64,000 nucleotides of DNA from Octopus vulgaris. Taxonomy: Eukaryota. The translations under genes and the position numbers were made by a program. The notes below the pieces were generated by a model, which was given only the letters and a program-made list of their open reading frames with translations, did not search any database and was not told the DNA's origin. Below, in pieces: positions 12,926 to 27,200 of the stretch (its first letter is position 1; the number at the start of each line of letters is the position of its first letter). The stretch is taken from positions 13,578,001-13,642,000 of the forward strand of contig OX597837.1 in NCBI GenBank assembly GCA_951406725.2, given 5' to 3'.

Positions 12926-15162
12926 TATTTATGTTACAGCTTCGAGATTCCAATAAGGTGAATGTCTATTTTTAAAATGACATTGTAGAGCAGGTGTGAG
13001 AGGTGGGATCTGGCTGGTTTGAATAAAAAATAGGCAGAACATTTGAACCAGAGGAGGCTGGTTTAAATGCTGAATGGTTGTCATACGGAATTTTAAGCTG
13101 GGAAGATTCAAGAGGATGTCTTCTGGGAAGACTAACAGCAAATAAGAGACTTCCAACTACCATTTAGTTTGGTGTTCAGCTAATGAAGGACAAATACTCT
13201 TACTCTATTACTTGTTTCAGTCATGTGACTGTGGCCATGCTGGAGCACCACCTTTTAGTCGAGCAAATCAAACCCAGGACTTATTCTTTGTAAGCCTAGT
13301 ACTTATTCTATTGGTTTCTTTTGCCGAACCACTAAGTTATGGGGACGTAAACACATCAGCATCGGTTGTCAAGCGATGTTGGGGGGACAAACACAGACAC
13401 ACAAACATATATATATATATACATATATACGACAGGCTTCTTTCAGTTTCCGTCTACCAAATCCACTCATATGGCTTTGGTCGGCCTGAGGCTATAGTAG
13501 AAGACACTTGCCCAAGGTGCCACACAGGGGGACTGGATCCAGAACCATGTGGTTGGTAAACAAGCTACTTACCACACATCCACTCCTACACCTATCTCTT
13601 TCAAGTTGCCATCATTTGTAGTACCTCGTCCCATAGAGATAGACTTAGTGTATTACTTAAGGAACCAAAACTGCAGAGCCAAGAAAAATACTTTCATAGC
13701 AAAGGACTCAACAGTAAAATGAGAATGGAATCTGATTATCAACTGAGTAAGAGCTACGAGTGTTGTCCAGGTCACAAGAGTAGCAGGGTCTAATCCTTTA
13801 GCAGTTAAACCAACCACATCCACTTCAAATATTCTACATGTTTTAAACTGAAAGCAGCCAAATCTGGCCTATCACATCTACCCTACAATGTCATTCTAAA
13901 AATATACAATTACATCATTCATCATCATCGTTTAACGTCCGTTTTCCATGCTAGCACGGGTTGGACGGTTCGACTGGGTCTGGGAAGCCAGGAGGCTGCG
14001 CCAGGCCCAGTCTGATCTGGCAGTGTTTCTACAGCTGGATGCCCTTCCTAACGCCAACCACTCCGAGAGTGTAGTGGGTGCTTTTTATGTGCCACCAGCA
14101 CAGGTGCCAGGCGAGGCTGGCAACGGCCACAATCGGATGGTGCTTTTTAACGTGCCACCAGCCTTGAGGCCAGTCGGGGCGGCACTGGCAACGCCCACGT
14201 TCGGACGGTTCTCTTACGTGCCACTGGCACTGGTATCTCAGCTACAACTTCCATTGATGTTGAAAGATTTTGATTTTGATTTGAAAATCTCAAAAAGCTA
14301 CAAGATAATGCTTGATTAATTCGAAACAATCAATGAACAATCAAAGCATTTGAGACGGAGTAAGCTGATTGCCAAAGGGTTAAATCCAGGATCAGGTTCA
14401 ACAGCAGTGAAGATTTAGGGTTTAATGGCAGCAGAACCTATCACATCAGAAAGTCCTTGGGGCTCAAAATTCTATGCAACCCTACAAACGGTAAATTTTC
14501 AGGAAACTTATCAAACACTGAAGATCTCTTGATTAGAAAGACTTAGATTTAAAGTGAAAGAGGAAATAGGAAGTTTTGGCAGTCATGCCTTTCTTGATTA
14601 AGTGGAGCTGTTAAGTGCCATTCAGAAGAACAAACAAACAAACAGAAAGTTTTCACCAGAAAAGAATAAAACCAAAAAATAGAAAAAAAAATAGAAAAAA
14701 TAAAAAAAACTCAGAAAAAAACATTTGAAGAAATTCATGGAATTCCTTTTAGTTTTGGCAAGGTTTTGCTATCATAAAAATCACTGGCCTCACCCTGAAT
14801 ATTGATTTCGATGCCAAAACGATGAAGCTACAAGCTTTGTTAACACGAACCAGTAGCAACATAGCCAGAAAACCCATATACCTGCTGCTTCAAGGTTTGG
14901 TCGTTTATATTTAGACTCACAGAGTGTTGTTAGTATAAACAACACTGGATATATTTAGATTCACCATTGTTCGAAGAAGAATGTCACTGAAGATTTCTAA
15001 CTGAAAGAACATCACTGCAGATCTTGTTCTAAGTACCAGAACCATATCAAGAATGTCACAGCAGTTCTTGGGATTTACACCTGTACTCTAACGAGATGCC
15101 TCAACATGTCCATTGCTGTGCAATATATCATTCTAATAGATGTTTTAATTATTAGAGAAATG

Positions 15163-15576
15163 GGATCTTTTCGGTTTGAACGGCAGTTTTTAACATAATT
15201 TCTAGGTAACTAAGAAAATTTTAAACTTCGTATACTGGTAGAATGTGTTTATAAAACATCTTTTTCTCTTGGCTTTATTGAGAAAATTCTATAGTTTGTA
15301 AGATATTTGTTGTTTTTTCTTCTTCAATTTCTGCAATTTCAACCAATCAGTGACATCTATTGAGGTAAAAAAACATTCTGTGCTGTATGAATATGTCCCT
15401 CGTTTAAGAAACAGATTGGGTTTATTTACATTTGTGAAGTAAAAAAGATACCGTTCCCCCCACCCATAACCCTAAAACAGATTGAAATGCAATAGATCGA
15501 TACTAGGGTCATAATTATGGGTGACAATTTCATATGACACCGCTAGAAAAAACTGCTGTTTAAACCAAAAAGATCC
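15163..15576. mobile_element. MITE with GGATCTTTTCGGTTT TIRs (Merlin-like, inferred); second copy inverted at about 62165-62595, partial relative at about 52479-52690
   Basis: about 28-bp TIRs; the 62-kb copy has a near-perfect 8-bp TSD gacatgct/gatatgct; internal ccctaa repeats. Confidence 0.75.
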
Positions 15577-17571
15577 AAAAAATGCTTTTCCATACTTTAT
15601 ATTAAGGTGTTAGTGATATTGGTGAAACAGAATCAGAGTAGGATTTGAACCGGGAAACATTGGCTTCGCTTCCTGACACAAAAGGAAGACTTTTCCTCCG
15701 TTTGTGTAAGGAAACCATATTATGATACAACAACAACAACAAACATTTATGCCAGGAGTTAATCTTTTTTTTTTTTACTTTGTGGTGCACTTTACATGGT
15801 TAAGAAGCTTGTTTGCAACCCTGTAGTTTCAGGTTCAGTCTCACTGTACGGCACCTTGGCAAGTGTCTTCTATTTTGGCCCTAAGTTAACCAATGTCTTG
15901 TGAGGGAATTTGGTAGAAGGAAACTGTGAGGAGGCCTACTGTGTGTGAGTGTGTATGCTTGACAACTAGCGTTGGGTTATGTCCCTACAACTTAGCAGTT
16001 CGGCAAAAGAAACTGATAGAATAAGTACCAGACTTAAAAATATGTAGTGGGGTGAATCTGACTAATCCCTTTAAAGCAGTGCCTTAGTATGGCTGCCGTC
16101 CAATGAACGGAACAAGCAAAAGATTAAATCTATGTTTTAAAGTAAACAAAAAAATTGGACAACAAACAGAAAACTATTAACTTGTATAATTAATCACATT
16201 AATCATTGATGAATAACAAATTTATGTAAAAATAAAAAAAAGAAGGGTTTATGAGATGCTGTGAATTTTCTAGGATTTGAACTTGAAATCATTGGTTTAA
16301 GTTTTTTTAACACAAAAGAAAGAAGAGTGAAACACCAATAAAAACAACAACAACATACATAAACATTTATGTAAATAGTTTCTCAGTCTGTTTTTGGACT
16401 TTGTGGTGCAGTGGACATTAAATAAAGCAATTTTTGCCTGTGCATTTTTCTCATGGAAAGTCAAGCAAAAGTGTTTTAAAGTAAAAAAGAAAAAAAAGCT
16501 ATTGCTTAACTTGTATTATTAATTACATTGATGTGTAAGAAAATTATGAAAAAACAAGTTTTACAAGATGTTCAAGTATTAATATGGATTTTTCTAAAGC
16601 CAGTTTATAATGTGTTTTAAAAATTCATGCCACACCTAGATGCCACTTGCAACACACGAGTGCAGAGTACGGGGCATAGTTTGAGAAGCCCTGGTTGTAG
16701 CTTAAGTTTGACAATAATAAAGTTGTCGATGCTTTTGGGTCACAAACAGATAACAGGAACTTTGGAAAACATTTTAGTTTTATTTAATGGAAATTGTAGC
16801 TGTGATAACCAGTGCCGGTGGTACGTAAGAGAACCATCCGAACGTGGCTATTGCCAGCGCTGCCCCGACTTGGCCTCCGTGCCGCCGGTGGCACGTAAAA
16901 AGCACCATCCGATTGTGGCCGTTTGCCAGCCTCGTCTGGCACGTAAAAAGCACCCACTACACTCATGGAGTGGTTGGCGTTAGGAAGGGCATCCAGCTGT
17001 AGAAACACTGCCAGATCAGACTGGGCCTGGTGCAGCCTTCTGGCTTCCCAGACCCCAGTTGAACCGTCCAACCCATGCCAGCATGGAAAGCAGATGCTAA
17101 ACGATGATGATGATGATGATGTATTAAAATTTTGTAGTTGCCCACTTAACCCATGGCCTCAATATATGAAATTTGAATTATAGGAAATGCATAAGATTTT
17201 GAATTATGTAATCAAAGCCGTCATAGGATTCCAGTCAGCCATGAGTCTACATCAGCCCCTTGCAATGGCACACTTCATATTCTTTTATGATATTTAATAA
17301 TATAAAACAGTAAAAAGCACCCACTACACTCGCGGAGTGATTGGCGTTAGGAAGGACATCCAGCTGTAGAAACACTGCCAGATCAGACTGGAGCCTTGTG
17401 CAGCCTCCTGGCTTCCCAGACCTCGGTTGAACCGTCTAACCCATGCTAGCATGGAAAGCGGATGTTATACGATGATGATGATGATGATGCAAAAAAATGT
17501 ATGAATGGATTGTGAGATATTTTTGGAGGAAAAAAGTAAATGAAATTATTCTCGTTAAAGAAATTTGTCAC

Positions 17572-17644
17572 CTTTTGTGAGAGCATCCAAAACCCCAGCC
17601 TTTTCTAAATACTTTCGGAATTCTTCCCTTTTTGAGTCTGCTGG
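17572..17644 (-). CDS. MYCBP: MYCBP exon 2 (PADSKREEFRKYLEKAGVLDALTK)
   Basis: ttttcag acceptor and G|gtgac donor; near-identical to MYCBP AADSKREQFRRYLEKSGVLDTLTK. Confidence 0.96.
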
Positions 17645-19646
17645 CTGAAAATAGAAAAAAAGGGATCTATCGTTATAAAAGAAGAAAAAAAAGGCAAGAA
17701 GATAAAGAATAAGGGAGAAGCTGTGGATATTAATATAGGTACAAGAGTGGCTGTGTGGTTAAGAAGTTTGTTTTGCAATCACATGGTTCTGGGTTCAGTC
17801 CTTACTGTGTGGAACCTTGGGCAAGTGTCTTCTACTTTAACCCCGAGTCAATCAAAGCCTTGTGAGTGAACCTGGTAGACAGAAACTGAAAGAAGCCTGA
17901 TAGGTGTGTGTGTGTGTGTGTGTGAAAGAGAGAGAGAGAATTGGTGTCTCCTTGTCTTGGCATCGCATGATAGTGGTAAATGAGTGTCACTGTCATACAA
18001 GCAGTGTCGTTCCTTTCCAACTTCCCGTGGAAAACACGTTTGGCCAAAGGGAGATATTACCTGACTTGGAAACAGGCAAGAGATAATGACAGGTAGGACA
18101 TCCGGCCATAGAAAATTGCCCTAATAAATTCAGTCTGACCTATGCAAGCATGGAAGAATAGACATTAAATCCATGAAGATGATGTGTGATGGCCATGGTA
18201 ATCATTCCTAAACTCTCCCTATCCATCCTCATCATTTAACGTCCGCTTTCCATGCTGGCATGGGTTAGACATGGGTTTGACCAGAGCTAGCAAGCTACAC
18301 CAGGCTCCAGTCTGATTCAGCAGAGTTTCTTATTTCTTTATTGCCCACAAGGGGCTAAACACAGAGGGGACAAACAAGGACAGACAAACGGATTAAGTCG
18401 ATTACATTGACCTCAGTGCATAACTGGTACTTAATTTATCGACCCAGAAAGGATGAAAGGCAAAGTCGACCTCGGCAGAATTTGAACTCGGAACGTAACG
18501 ACAGACGAAATACCGCTAAGCATTTCACCCGGTGTGCTAACGTTTCTGCCAGCTCACCACCTTATTCAGTATAATCTCTACAACTGGACATCCTTCCTAA
18601 TGCCAACCACTTTACAGAGTGTGCCTTGTACTCTCATGTGGTGCCACATGTGTGCTTTTTATGTGATGCCACACAGGCACTTTTAAGTGGCACCGGTCTT
18701 AACACTCCTGCCGTGGATTAGGGGTTTTCTTGAGTCCCAACCAATATGCCTTCATAGCATAACGCTATCCAATGTGTTCAGTTGGCACAAATTTTTGCCC
18801 CTGATCACCAGTTGAAGTCCATGGCAGTACTTAAACTAGCCTAATTAAATATTGAATCTAAAACTTAATTAGTCCATCCAGCCAATCAATTCTTCTAAAA
18901 AGGCCCACTGCAGTTTCATTCAACTTAAAGTGCTTCCATTTGAACCGGATGACTCATGTTTGCTTTCAGTCTGTTCCCCTCCTTTCATCAGACTTGCTTA
19001 AACCAGTTTCACTCCTGCCTTTGTTTAACTCTCACCGTTTAGGTTAGTTCAATTACTTTACCTGTGTCATAATTACTCTTTAAATACTGTTTCACACCAA
19101 CCTCAAGACAACATTTGGATTTATATTATTAATTTTGTCTTTAACAAAAAAAAAAAAAAAAACTTGTCACACCTCAACTTTCAAAAATGAAAGGAGAACA
19201 TCTCTGGCAACTGAATAAATTTCTTTCACCAAATTCTATACAACTGGTTCTTAGGCTTTGGCTTTTTAATAGGTCAACAAACTGAATTGCAAACCTTCTT
19301 CATGGTTAGAATATGTTAGCTTGCTTACACGAGTCAGACTGCTATTTTTACTGGCAAATAAGATGGGACGATACCTGAAGATATCTAAAAACCAAGAACC
19401 TAGAACAATGAGACAAGCACCATCCAAATGTGGCCAATGCCAGTGCCGCTTGACTGGCACCTGTGCCGGTGGCACGTAAAAAGCACCCATTACACTCTCA
19501 GAGTGGCTGGCGCTAGGAAGGGCATCCAGCGGTAGAAACATTGCCAAAACAGAGTAGCCTTGGGTAGATTTTCTACCAGGTTGGCTCCTGTCAACTCTCC
19601 TACCCATGCAACCATGGAAGATGGATGCTAAACGATGATGATGAGG

Positions 19647-19745
<99 letters not shown>

Positions 19746-22700
19746 ATGAGAGAAATACCGAAACACTAAAATGCCTGACATTAAATACGTTAGCATCAAT
19801 TCAGTGATGCCAAACCGTCTGTGCAAAAAAACATCTTATACCTCAAATGGAATGCTGTTTGTGAATGGGTCTGTCCCATCAGAATAGGGTTATCAGTGTT
19901 ATGGTTGCAATCCTCTCCTTCCACACTGACTATTGGCAAGTAGTTTCCCTTCATCTTGTTATCTATTCATAGTTTGGTTGATTGTCATACAGTGTCTCTT
20001 CTTATTTCTCGTTTATTTCTTCGTTTGTGTCTCAACATTTTCTTCACAGTTTTACTTTCGTTTTTCTCCTTGTCACGACTAACCTCTAATTACTTGCTTG
20101 CCTACCTGCCAAGTAGGAGCTTCATCTTCCTAATTCTATAACTGAATGCATCCAGCATCTGCGTTCTGTACGTAGTTCCACTTTACTGAGCACAACAGCA
20201 TTCGTCACATACCCAAAGTTACCTGGGTAGCGTTTCAATTATCACAACCCTCTCTCGTGATTATTTTCTGTTCTGCTCTGCTCTATTTTCATAAGCATGG
20301 CTGAGTGGTTAAGAAGCTCACTTCTCAATCATATGGTTCTGGGTTCAGTCCCACTGCATGGTACCTTTTGGCAAGTGCCTTCTTCTGTGGCCCAAGGTCA
20401 GCTAATGCCTTGTGAGTGTATTTGGAAGAATGAAATTGTGTGGAAGCCTATCATGTGTGTGTGTGTGTGTGTATGTGTTTGTGTTTATATGGTTTATTTT
20501 ACAGTATTTTGTTCACACAAAAGTCAAAAATAAAGTTTGTTTACTTAGAAAAAAATTCCTTATTAATTTTTGGCAGAGGAGTCATAGTTTGTGAAAATGG
20601 GGGAAATGGTTCTCAGGGTATTGTTGCTTAAGCATAAATTATCCTAATTTTCATAATTTCTAATTTTGGCCGTTGCGGAAAGGAAAAGGTTTTTTTTCTT
20701 CTTTTTTGCAAGAGAGAAATAGAAAAAAATTTAGCTGGTTAAAAGTACTGGGACATGGACTCCTCAAGGGAGCAAATATTCAGTAATATCGAAAACCTAA
20801 ATCTGCTTCAGAGAAACAGCAGCATCCCTTGTCCGATAAATGATTTCCCCCCTCTGCAACATTTTAAGGCCTTTAGGTCTTGTTAGTTTTCACACAAGTG
20901 GCCAATTAAAAACTTGCATTCCAGAACCTCCCTTTTTTAGGCCAGAGTGACTCAATAATGTTTTCAAAATGGCCAGGAAGAGCACCCGGCCGTAGAAACA
21001 AAGCCAAAACAGGCAATTGGGGTCTGGTGCGGCTCCTGTTAAACCGTCCAACCCATGCCAGCATGGAAAAGAGATGTTAAATGGTGATGATGATGTGTAA
21101 GTGGCTGAGACAACAGCACTGGTCATTGAATGGGACACTGGTCCATTACAGGGTTAGCGTCCCGGCTGAGTAGACTGAAGCAACAGGAAATGAAGGGTCT
21201 TGCTCAAGAACACAATGCAATTGCCCAATCTGGGAACTGAAATCAAGACCTTATGATTATAGGTCCAACACTCCAACCACCTGGCTATGGCCACACACCT
21301 TCACAAATAATTAAGTTTACACAAATGACATATAAACAATTTTTTTTACAAAAACTGATTTCCTTGGTTATCTGAAAAGTAAAAGTAAGAATAAAATGTT
21401 TATTAAAAAAAAAAAGCAAAAAAAAAAAAACCCAACTAAAGTTGCTTTATTCAGAGAAGTAAGAAAGTCATTGGGTTAGTATTTACTTAGCCAGAAGAGA
21501 ACAAGTTTATTCCAATTGCACTAACATGCCAACCTGTATGTACTAACAGAACAAGTCAAGGCAGAGTAGATCAGTGGTCAACTGAAATTATTATTACAAC
21601 CATTTCTGATATGTAACTGTGAAGAGATCTTCATTCACTTCAAATAAACTAGTCTCCAGGACTCAATACAATCGGTGGTTGAATGAACCGTGTGTGAGGA
21701 AGGATATTTACAAACAGGGCTAAACTGGAGGAAAATCTGTGCAAAGTGAAGAGGAGGGTGTGGACGGCAGAGCAATTATAGAAGCAGTTTTGACAGGTGG
21801 TTAACTAGTTTGTCAGGTGAAAAAGAAAAACAAAACAGGAAACAAAAGTGAACAGCTGGTAATATACAATGAAAGACTAGAGAAGCTCCAGGCCAAAAAA
21901 AAGAAAGAAAAAAAAGCCTAATGTTTTATAAATAGAATGATAAGAATATGACAGTAGTTTTTTAGAAAGAGTTAGGGTGATTATGAAGGAAGGAAGAAGG
22001 CAAGAGTGAAAGTAAATGGATGCTGAAAAGACAAGTGTGTCTGAGTTTGGAGATCTTCTCAGTATGTAGAGACTGATAAATAAATGTCCCTGGGTATTTC
22101 CCCCCTTGCCCTACCATCCTGATTTAGACTCAAGGCCAGTCGTTTTGATTATACTGACCCCCACCCACCACCAATATTTGATTTGACTGGTACTTTATTT
22201 GCAACCCTGGGGAAGTGATGGCAAAGTTGTCCCCAGCAGGATTTGAACTCAGAATGTATGATTCAAAAGGAAATACCAGAGGACGTCTTACCCAACGCCT
22301 TACCAATTCTGTCAATCCTAATACTAATTGATCCTAACGAAATACCGATTCGTCTCCATATATATTTATCAAATATCTATAAAACCAGAATAATTATACT
22401 TAAATATGTATGAAGTTCATCTTTATTTTACATGACAGTCGACACCTACAAGCTTTAAATACAAGTCTAACACAGAGTTAGCCAAAATAATACTTTCTAA
22501 TTTTCACACAAGGCCAGCAATTTGGGGGGTATTAGTCAATTATAGTACTCCCCAGTGTTAACTGGTACTTATTTTATTGATCTTGAAAGGATGAAAGGCA
22601 AAATGGACCTTTTGGGTAGAAAAAGTCAAAGGCCCCCTGTTGGATAGACACACATGCACACACACACAGAGTGATGAGGAACAAAGGAAAGAGTACTTAA

Positions 22701-24252
22701 TGCCAGGAGATGGAGTATAGATTATTATTTATTGTGTAAACTACAGCCATGTTGCCTTACTGATACTCAGGGTTTCTTACAAGTTGAGTGAACCAACTCG
22801 TATTTTACATTCAATCAGATCTGACTACAAACCAAGATTTGGCTGTTTATCAAAATGGCTGATGAAAGCACAGATCTCGAATGGGACAGGATGTTAACAT
22901 TTTACTCTTTTTTTTCCTTTCCAAAATAAAGTTTCGTAGCTCACAAGGAACAACATTCAGTGAGGGTTTTATTGTTTTATTTCTTCCCCCTAATTGCCCC
23001 TTAACTGAATTGCAAACACCATTAAAGGCAACTTTAGAATCACATGCACAGCAATTCTACAATTTATAACTACATAACAACACACACATACACACACACA
23101 CACACTATAATTGCAACAGTAAAAGCACTTACACAATAAATGCAGAGAAGTGCAAACACAATTAACAGCTGCACAATTAACAACAGAAAAATGGCCTTGT
23201 GTTGAAGTGCTATGGACTTGTTTTTCATTTGTTTTTTAAAGTCCATTTTCCCCCATTTCCTCATGGGCTGGACAGAGAAAGAGAGAGAGCGAGAGTGAGA
23301 GAGAAAAAGAATGAGAAAAAATGTTCAAACGATTAATGTCAAGTATGTCAATATTTAATGTCGAATGTGTTAATGTCAAGTCAGCAATGTCAAAGTGTCT
23401 CAGACCCATGCAAGGGTCTGAGACCCTGCACTATCCACAGATACTGAAAGATGAGTGCAGCTCACGGAACTACACCAAACAGAGTATAGAGCAAACTTAA
23501 CAATTTGGCATTAAACTGGGCCCATCAAACCCAAATATTCTGCCCATTCTATGTTCAAACCAGCCAGATCCAGCCTTTCACCCCTACCCTACAATACCAT
23601 TCTAAAAATAAACGATCACATTATCAAAACCTTGAAGCTATGAGATAATGCAAGATTAATTCAAGACAATGTGAATAAATAAGAATTGCATTTGGACAAA
23701 GTAATCTGAAAGCTAAAGAGTTAAAGACACCAGAAAGGTGAATTACATACATTATAAAAATGACAAGAAACACACCAGCCACTGTTCACAGCACTTCACC
23801 ATAATGTCATTTTGCTGCTATTTATTGAGAATGCACTTTTTTTGTAGTTTTTGTGTGCGAGGGAGACTTTTCAAGTCACCATTTGATCTTCTTCACACAG
23901 AATTTCAGAAAATTCATTCATGATAAAAAAAAAATTCTTCCTTATCATTTCTCTATTATAATCAGCTTTAAAGAGTTTCTACGCTGACTGTCACACAGGT
24001 TAAAACATGATTTTTACTTGTACCAACTTTCTGGTTGTTTGTTGGTTTCTTTCTTTCTTTCTTTAAACAGTTTATCCCACTTTTATTTCATGCTCAAGAC
24101 ATCCTGTGGGATGGATGAGAAGTAGAGAAAAGAATTTCATATATATACATAGCTTTTATCATTTGTTTCGGTCATTTGACTGTGGCCATGCTGGGGCACT
24201 GCCTTGAAGGTTTTTAATCAAACAAATTAACCCCAGGACTTATTCTTTTTAA

Positions 24253-24469
24253 CCCTTTCGTTACTGTATTTATTTTGAGATGCTCTGTGTTTCTTTCAAT
24301 TACTTTAAATATAACAAAGAATTTAGTAAAATAACTTAGTTATCTTTCAGCTAGTGTCAGGAACATAAATTGTGACTAAGGTTTGGTGGAAGATTTTAAT
24401 TCAAAACTTATGAAAACAAGACGTGCTACAGAACCAGAGCCGGTTTCAGCCGGGTTGGTATCAAAAGGG
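24253..24469. mobile_element. piggyBac-like MITE inserted into a family B SINE
   Basis: TTAA|CCCTTT…AAAGGG|TTAA; removing it restores the SINE sequence. Confidence 0.8.
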
Positions 24470-24689
24470 TTAAGCTTAGTACTTATTCTAGCAGTCTCTT
24501 TTGCTGAACCGCTAAGTTACAGGGATGCAAACACACCAACACCAGTTGTCAAACAGTGGTGGGCGACAAACACACATAGATGTATACGTGAGTGTAAAAA
24601 AATAATGTGTTTTGAATGACACAACAATGAACTTCAATAACAACAACGGATTATAATAGCTGTTGCAATTTAATCATCCATAGTCTGAT

Positions 24690-25240
24690 ATCACTTGAAG
24701 CATTGAGTATTGTTTGGAAAAAATAATAAAGCATTTTCAATGGCACAAAAATGCCTTATAACAATGGTTGACGTGACTCTGCATTTTATTCCAGGGAATT
24801 TCTGTATGTGCTCATGGAGTTGGTGGTGTTGATGGTGTATCATTTTTCTGATGACAAATGTATGAATTTCAGTGATTGTCGAAGGGTAAGGCTGCGGAAG
24901 CATGTGGGTAGATGTATGTTCCTAATGACGTTGGGAATAATGTTGTTTTTTAGGCAGCATTTAAGAAAGTTTATTTGGCATCCGATTTTAGCATGTTTCT
25001 CTGATAGCTTGATCAACCAACTCCCTGGCAGTTGCAAACTCGGCCTGGCCCAGGCATAGAGATAGGAAGAGTACTGTAGTTGACATGACGCTGCATTTTA
25101 TTCCAGAGAATTTGCCTATGTGCTCATGGAGGTGGTGGTGTAGAAGGTGTATGACTTTTCTGATGACGAACATATGTATTTCAGTGATCGTCAAAGGGTA
25201 TTGTAGGTAGCGTTTAAGAAAGTTTATTTGGTATCCAAGT
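24690..25240 (-). mobile_element. Penelope-like element ORF N-terminal remnant with internal partial duplication
   Basis: QINFLKCCLKNNIIPNVI resembles the FLxxCxxxxIIP motif of Penelope ORFs; 24767-24890 is re-copied at about 25078-25200. Confidence 0.5.
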
Positions 25241-25471
25241 GTGTTTATATATAATGGGCTTCTTTCTGTTTCTGTCTACCAAAGCCACTCACAAGGCTTT
25301 GGTCAGCTCAAGGCTTTAGTAGAAGACATTTGCCCAAGGTGCCATGCAGTGGGACTGAACTCAGAACTATGTGGTGGGGAAGCAAGCTTCTTACCACACA
25401 GCCATGCCTGTGCCTATAATATATACATACATATAAATAGATTCATGTATACATATACACACATTATTACA

Positions 25472-25674
25472 GTTAATCCAAACAAGAAAGCACAAAAAAA
25501 CTCAACAACGCGAGGCCGTGGAACAACTATAGTATTATTGGACGCTCAGGAAAGAAGGAGGGTTTAACGTTTCGAGCGGAGCTCTTCGTCAGAAACATAG
25601 GGGAAGGGAAGATCCAGAGAAGAGAAGACAGAGGAAAAAAAAATCGCCAACGGTACACACGAGGTCACATTTTG
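25472..25674 (-). mobile_element. 203-bp Penelope pLTR/retrozyme-like insertion with 13-bp target-site duplication
   Basis: flanked by ACACATTATTACA at 25459-25471 and 25675-25687; contains a hammerhead-like core. Confidence 0.7.
25562..25596 (-). ncRNA. minimal type I hammerhead ribozyme motif
   Basis: minus strand GTTT-CTGACGA-a-GAGC tcc GCTC-GAAA-CGTT-AAAC: CUGANGA and GAAA cores, 4-bp helix II, palindromic ACGT helix III, 4-bp helix I. Confidence 0.65.
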
Positions 25675-26955
25675 ACACATTATTACACCTGTATTTTTAT
25701 TTACCCAAAGCCAGGAACTTTTCAGCACCTCCTCATACTGCCCTGCTCGTTAGACAGTTAAAAACCATTTTGATATAAATAGAAAATAATTGCAGTCAAA
25801 CAACTCATTTGCTGAATATGACAATTCACTTGACTAGATAACAGTTTTTGTCCAATACATCATCCTGTGATGTAGTTGGACACATCATCAATGGTATTTC
25901 CTAGAGTCATTAGTCATTAAGTGTTTTGGGTCTTACAGCAATCAGACACCCTCACCCAGGGCCGACTGAGCCCCCAGCTTGTGTCCAGTTAGCACAACCG
26001 CTGATAACACTTCCCATTCCAGGGTTCACACCCCTGGATCCACCTCGAGTCAACTTCTGCTGCCTCCACCACCAGCCCCTACTGCCTCCCACCTACTGAC
26101 CCTCGTGATGCACAGCATGTTGTAAGCCCTGCAGAGCGAGGGTTCTACAAACCCTCTCCATGTTGGGAGACTCCGACAGCAGCAAACTTCCTCTAATATG
26201 GTTGATCAGCCATAGTTCTTCCTGTTCTTCTGGGAATGGGAACGTCTGTCCAGTACCAGGGTGGTTTCAGAGCCAGCCTGCTTCCTTTCCCCATTTTCTT
26301 TCTTCTGATATCCATGTCCCTACAGTCTTTACCTGCTGTGTGGCTGGCAGGAGCAAAATGGGGCCTGCCAGGTGAAACTGATGCAGGGCTACAATATTTT
26401 GTAGCAGGTGGGATTTGCCTTGCTTATGTTACATCAGACATGCATTTCATATATTATACATGTATTATATATATAGATGCAGGAGTGGCTGTGTGGTAAG
26501 TAGCTTGCTTACCAATCAAATGCTTCCAGGTTCAGTCCCACTGTGTGGCACCTTGGATAAGTGTCTTCTACTATAGCCTCAGGCTGACCAAAGCTTTGTG
26601 AGTGGATTTGGTAGACAGAAACTGGAAGAAGCTCGTTGTGTATGTGTATATATGTTTGTGTGTCTGTATATATATATATGATGATATATATATCATCATC
26701 ATCATCGTCGTTTAACATCCGTTTTCCATGCTAGCATGGGTTGGATGGTTCGACCGGGGTCTGGGAAGCCAGGAGGCTGCACCAGGCTCCAGTCTGATCT
26801 GACAGTGTTTCTACAGCTGGATGCCCTTCCTAATGCCAACCATTCCATGAGTGTAGTGGGTGCTTTTTACGTGCCAGGGGAGGCTGGCAACGACCACGAT
26901 CAGTTGGTGCTTTTTACGTGCAACCAGCACGGAAGCCAGTCAAGGCGGCGCTGGC

Positions 26956-26998
<43 letters not shown>

Positions 26999-27168
26999 AA
27001 CACACACACACAGATGGCAAGCTTCTTATAGTTTCTATCTACCAAATTCACTTACAAGGTTGTAGTCAATCCAGGTATATAGTAGAAGACACTTAACCAA
27101 AATTCCACAGAATGAAACCGAAACCAAAATTATATGGTTGAAAAGCAAACTTTTTAGGCCATGCATAA

Positions 27169-27200
<32 letters not shown>

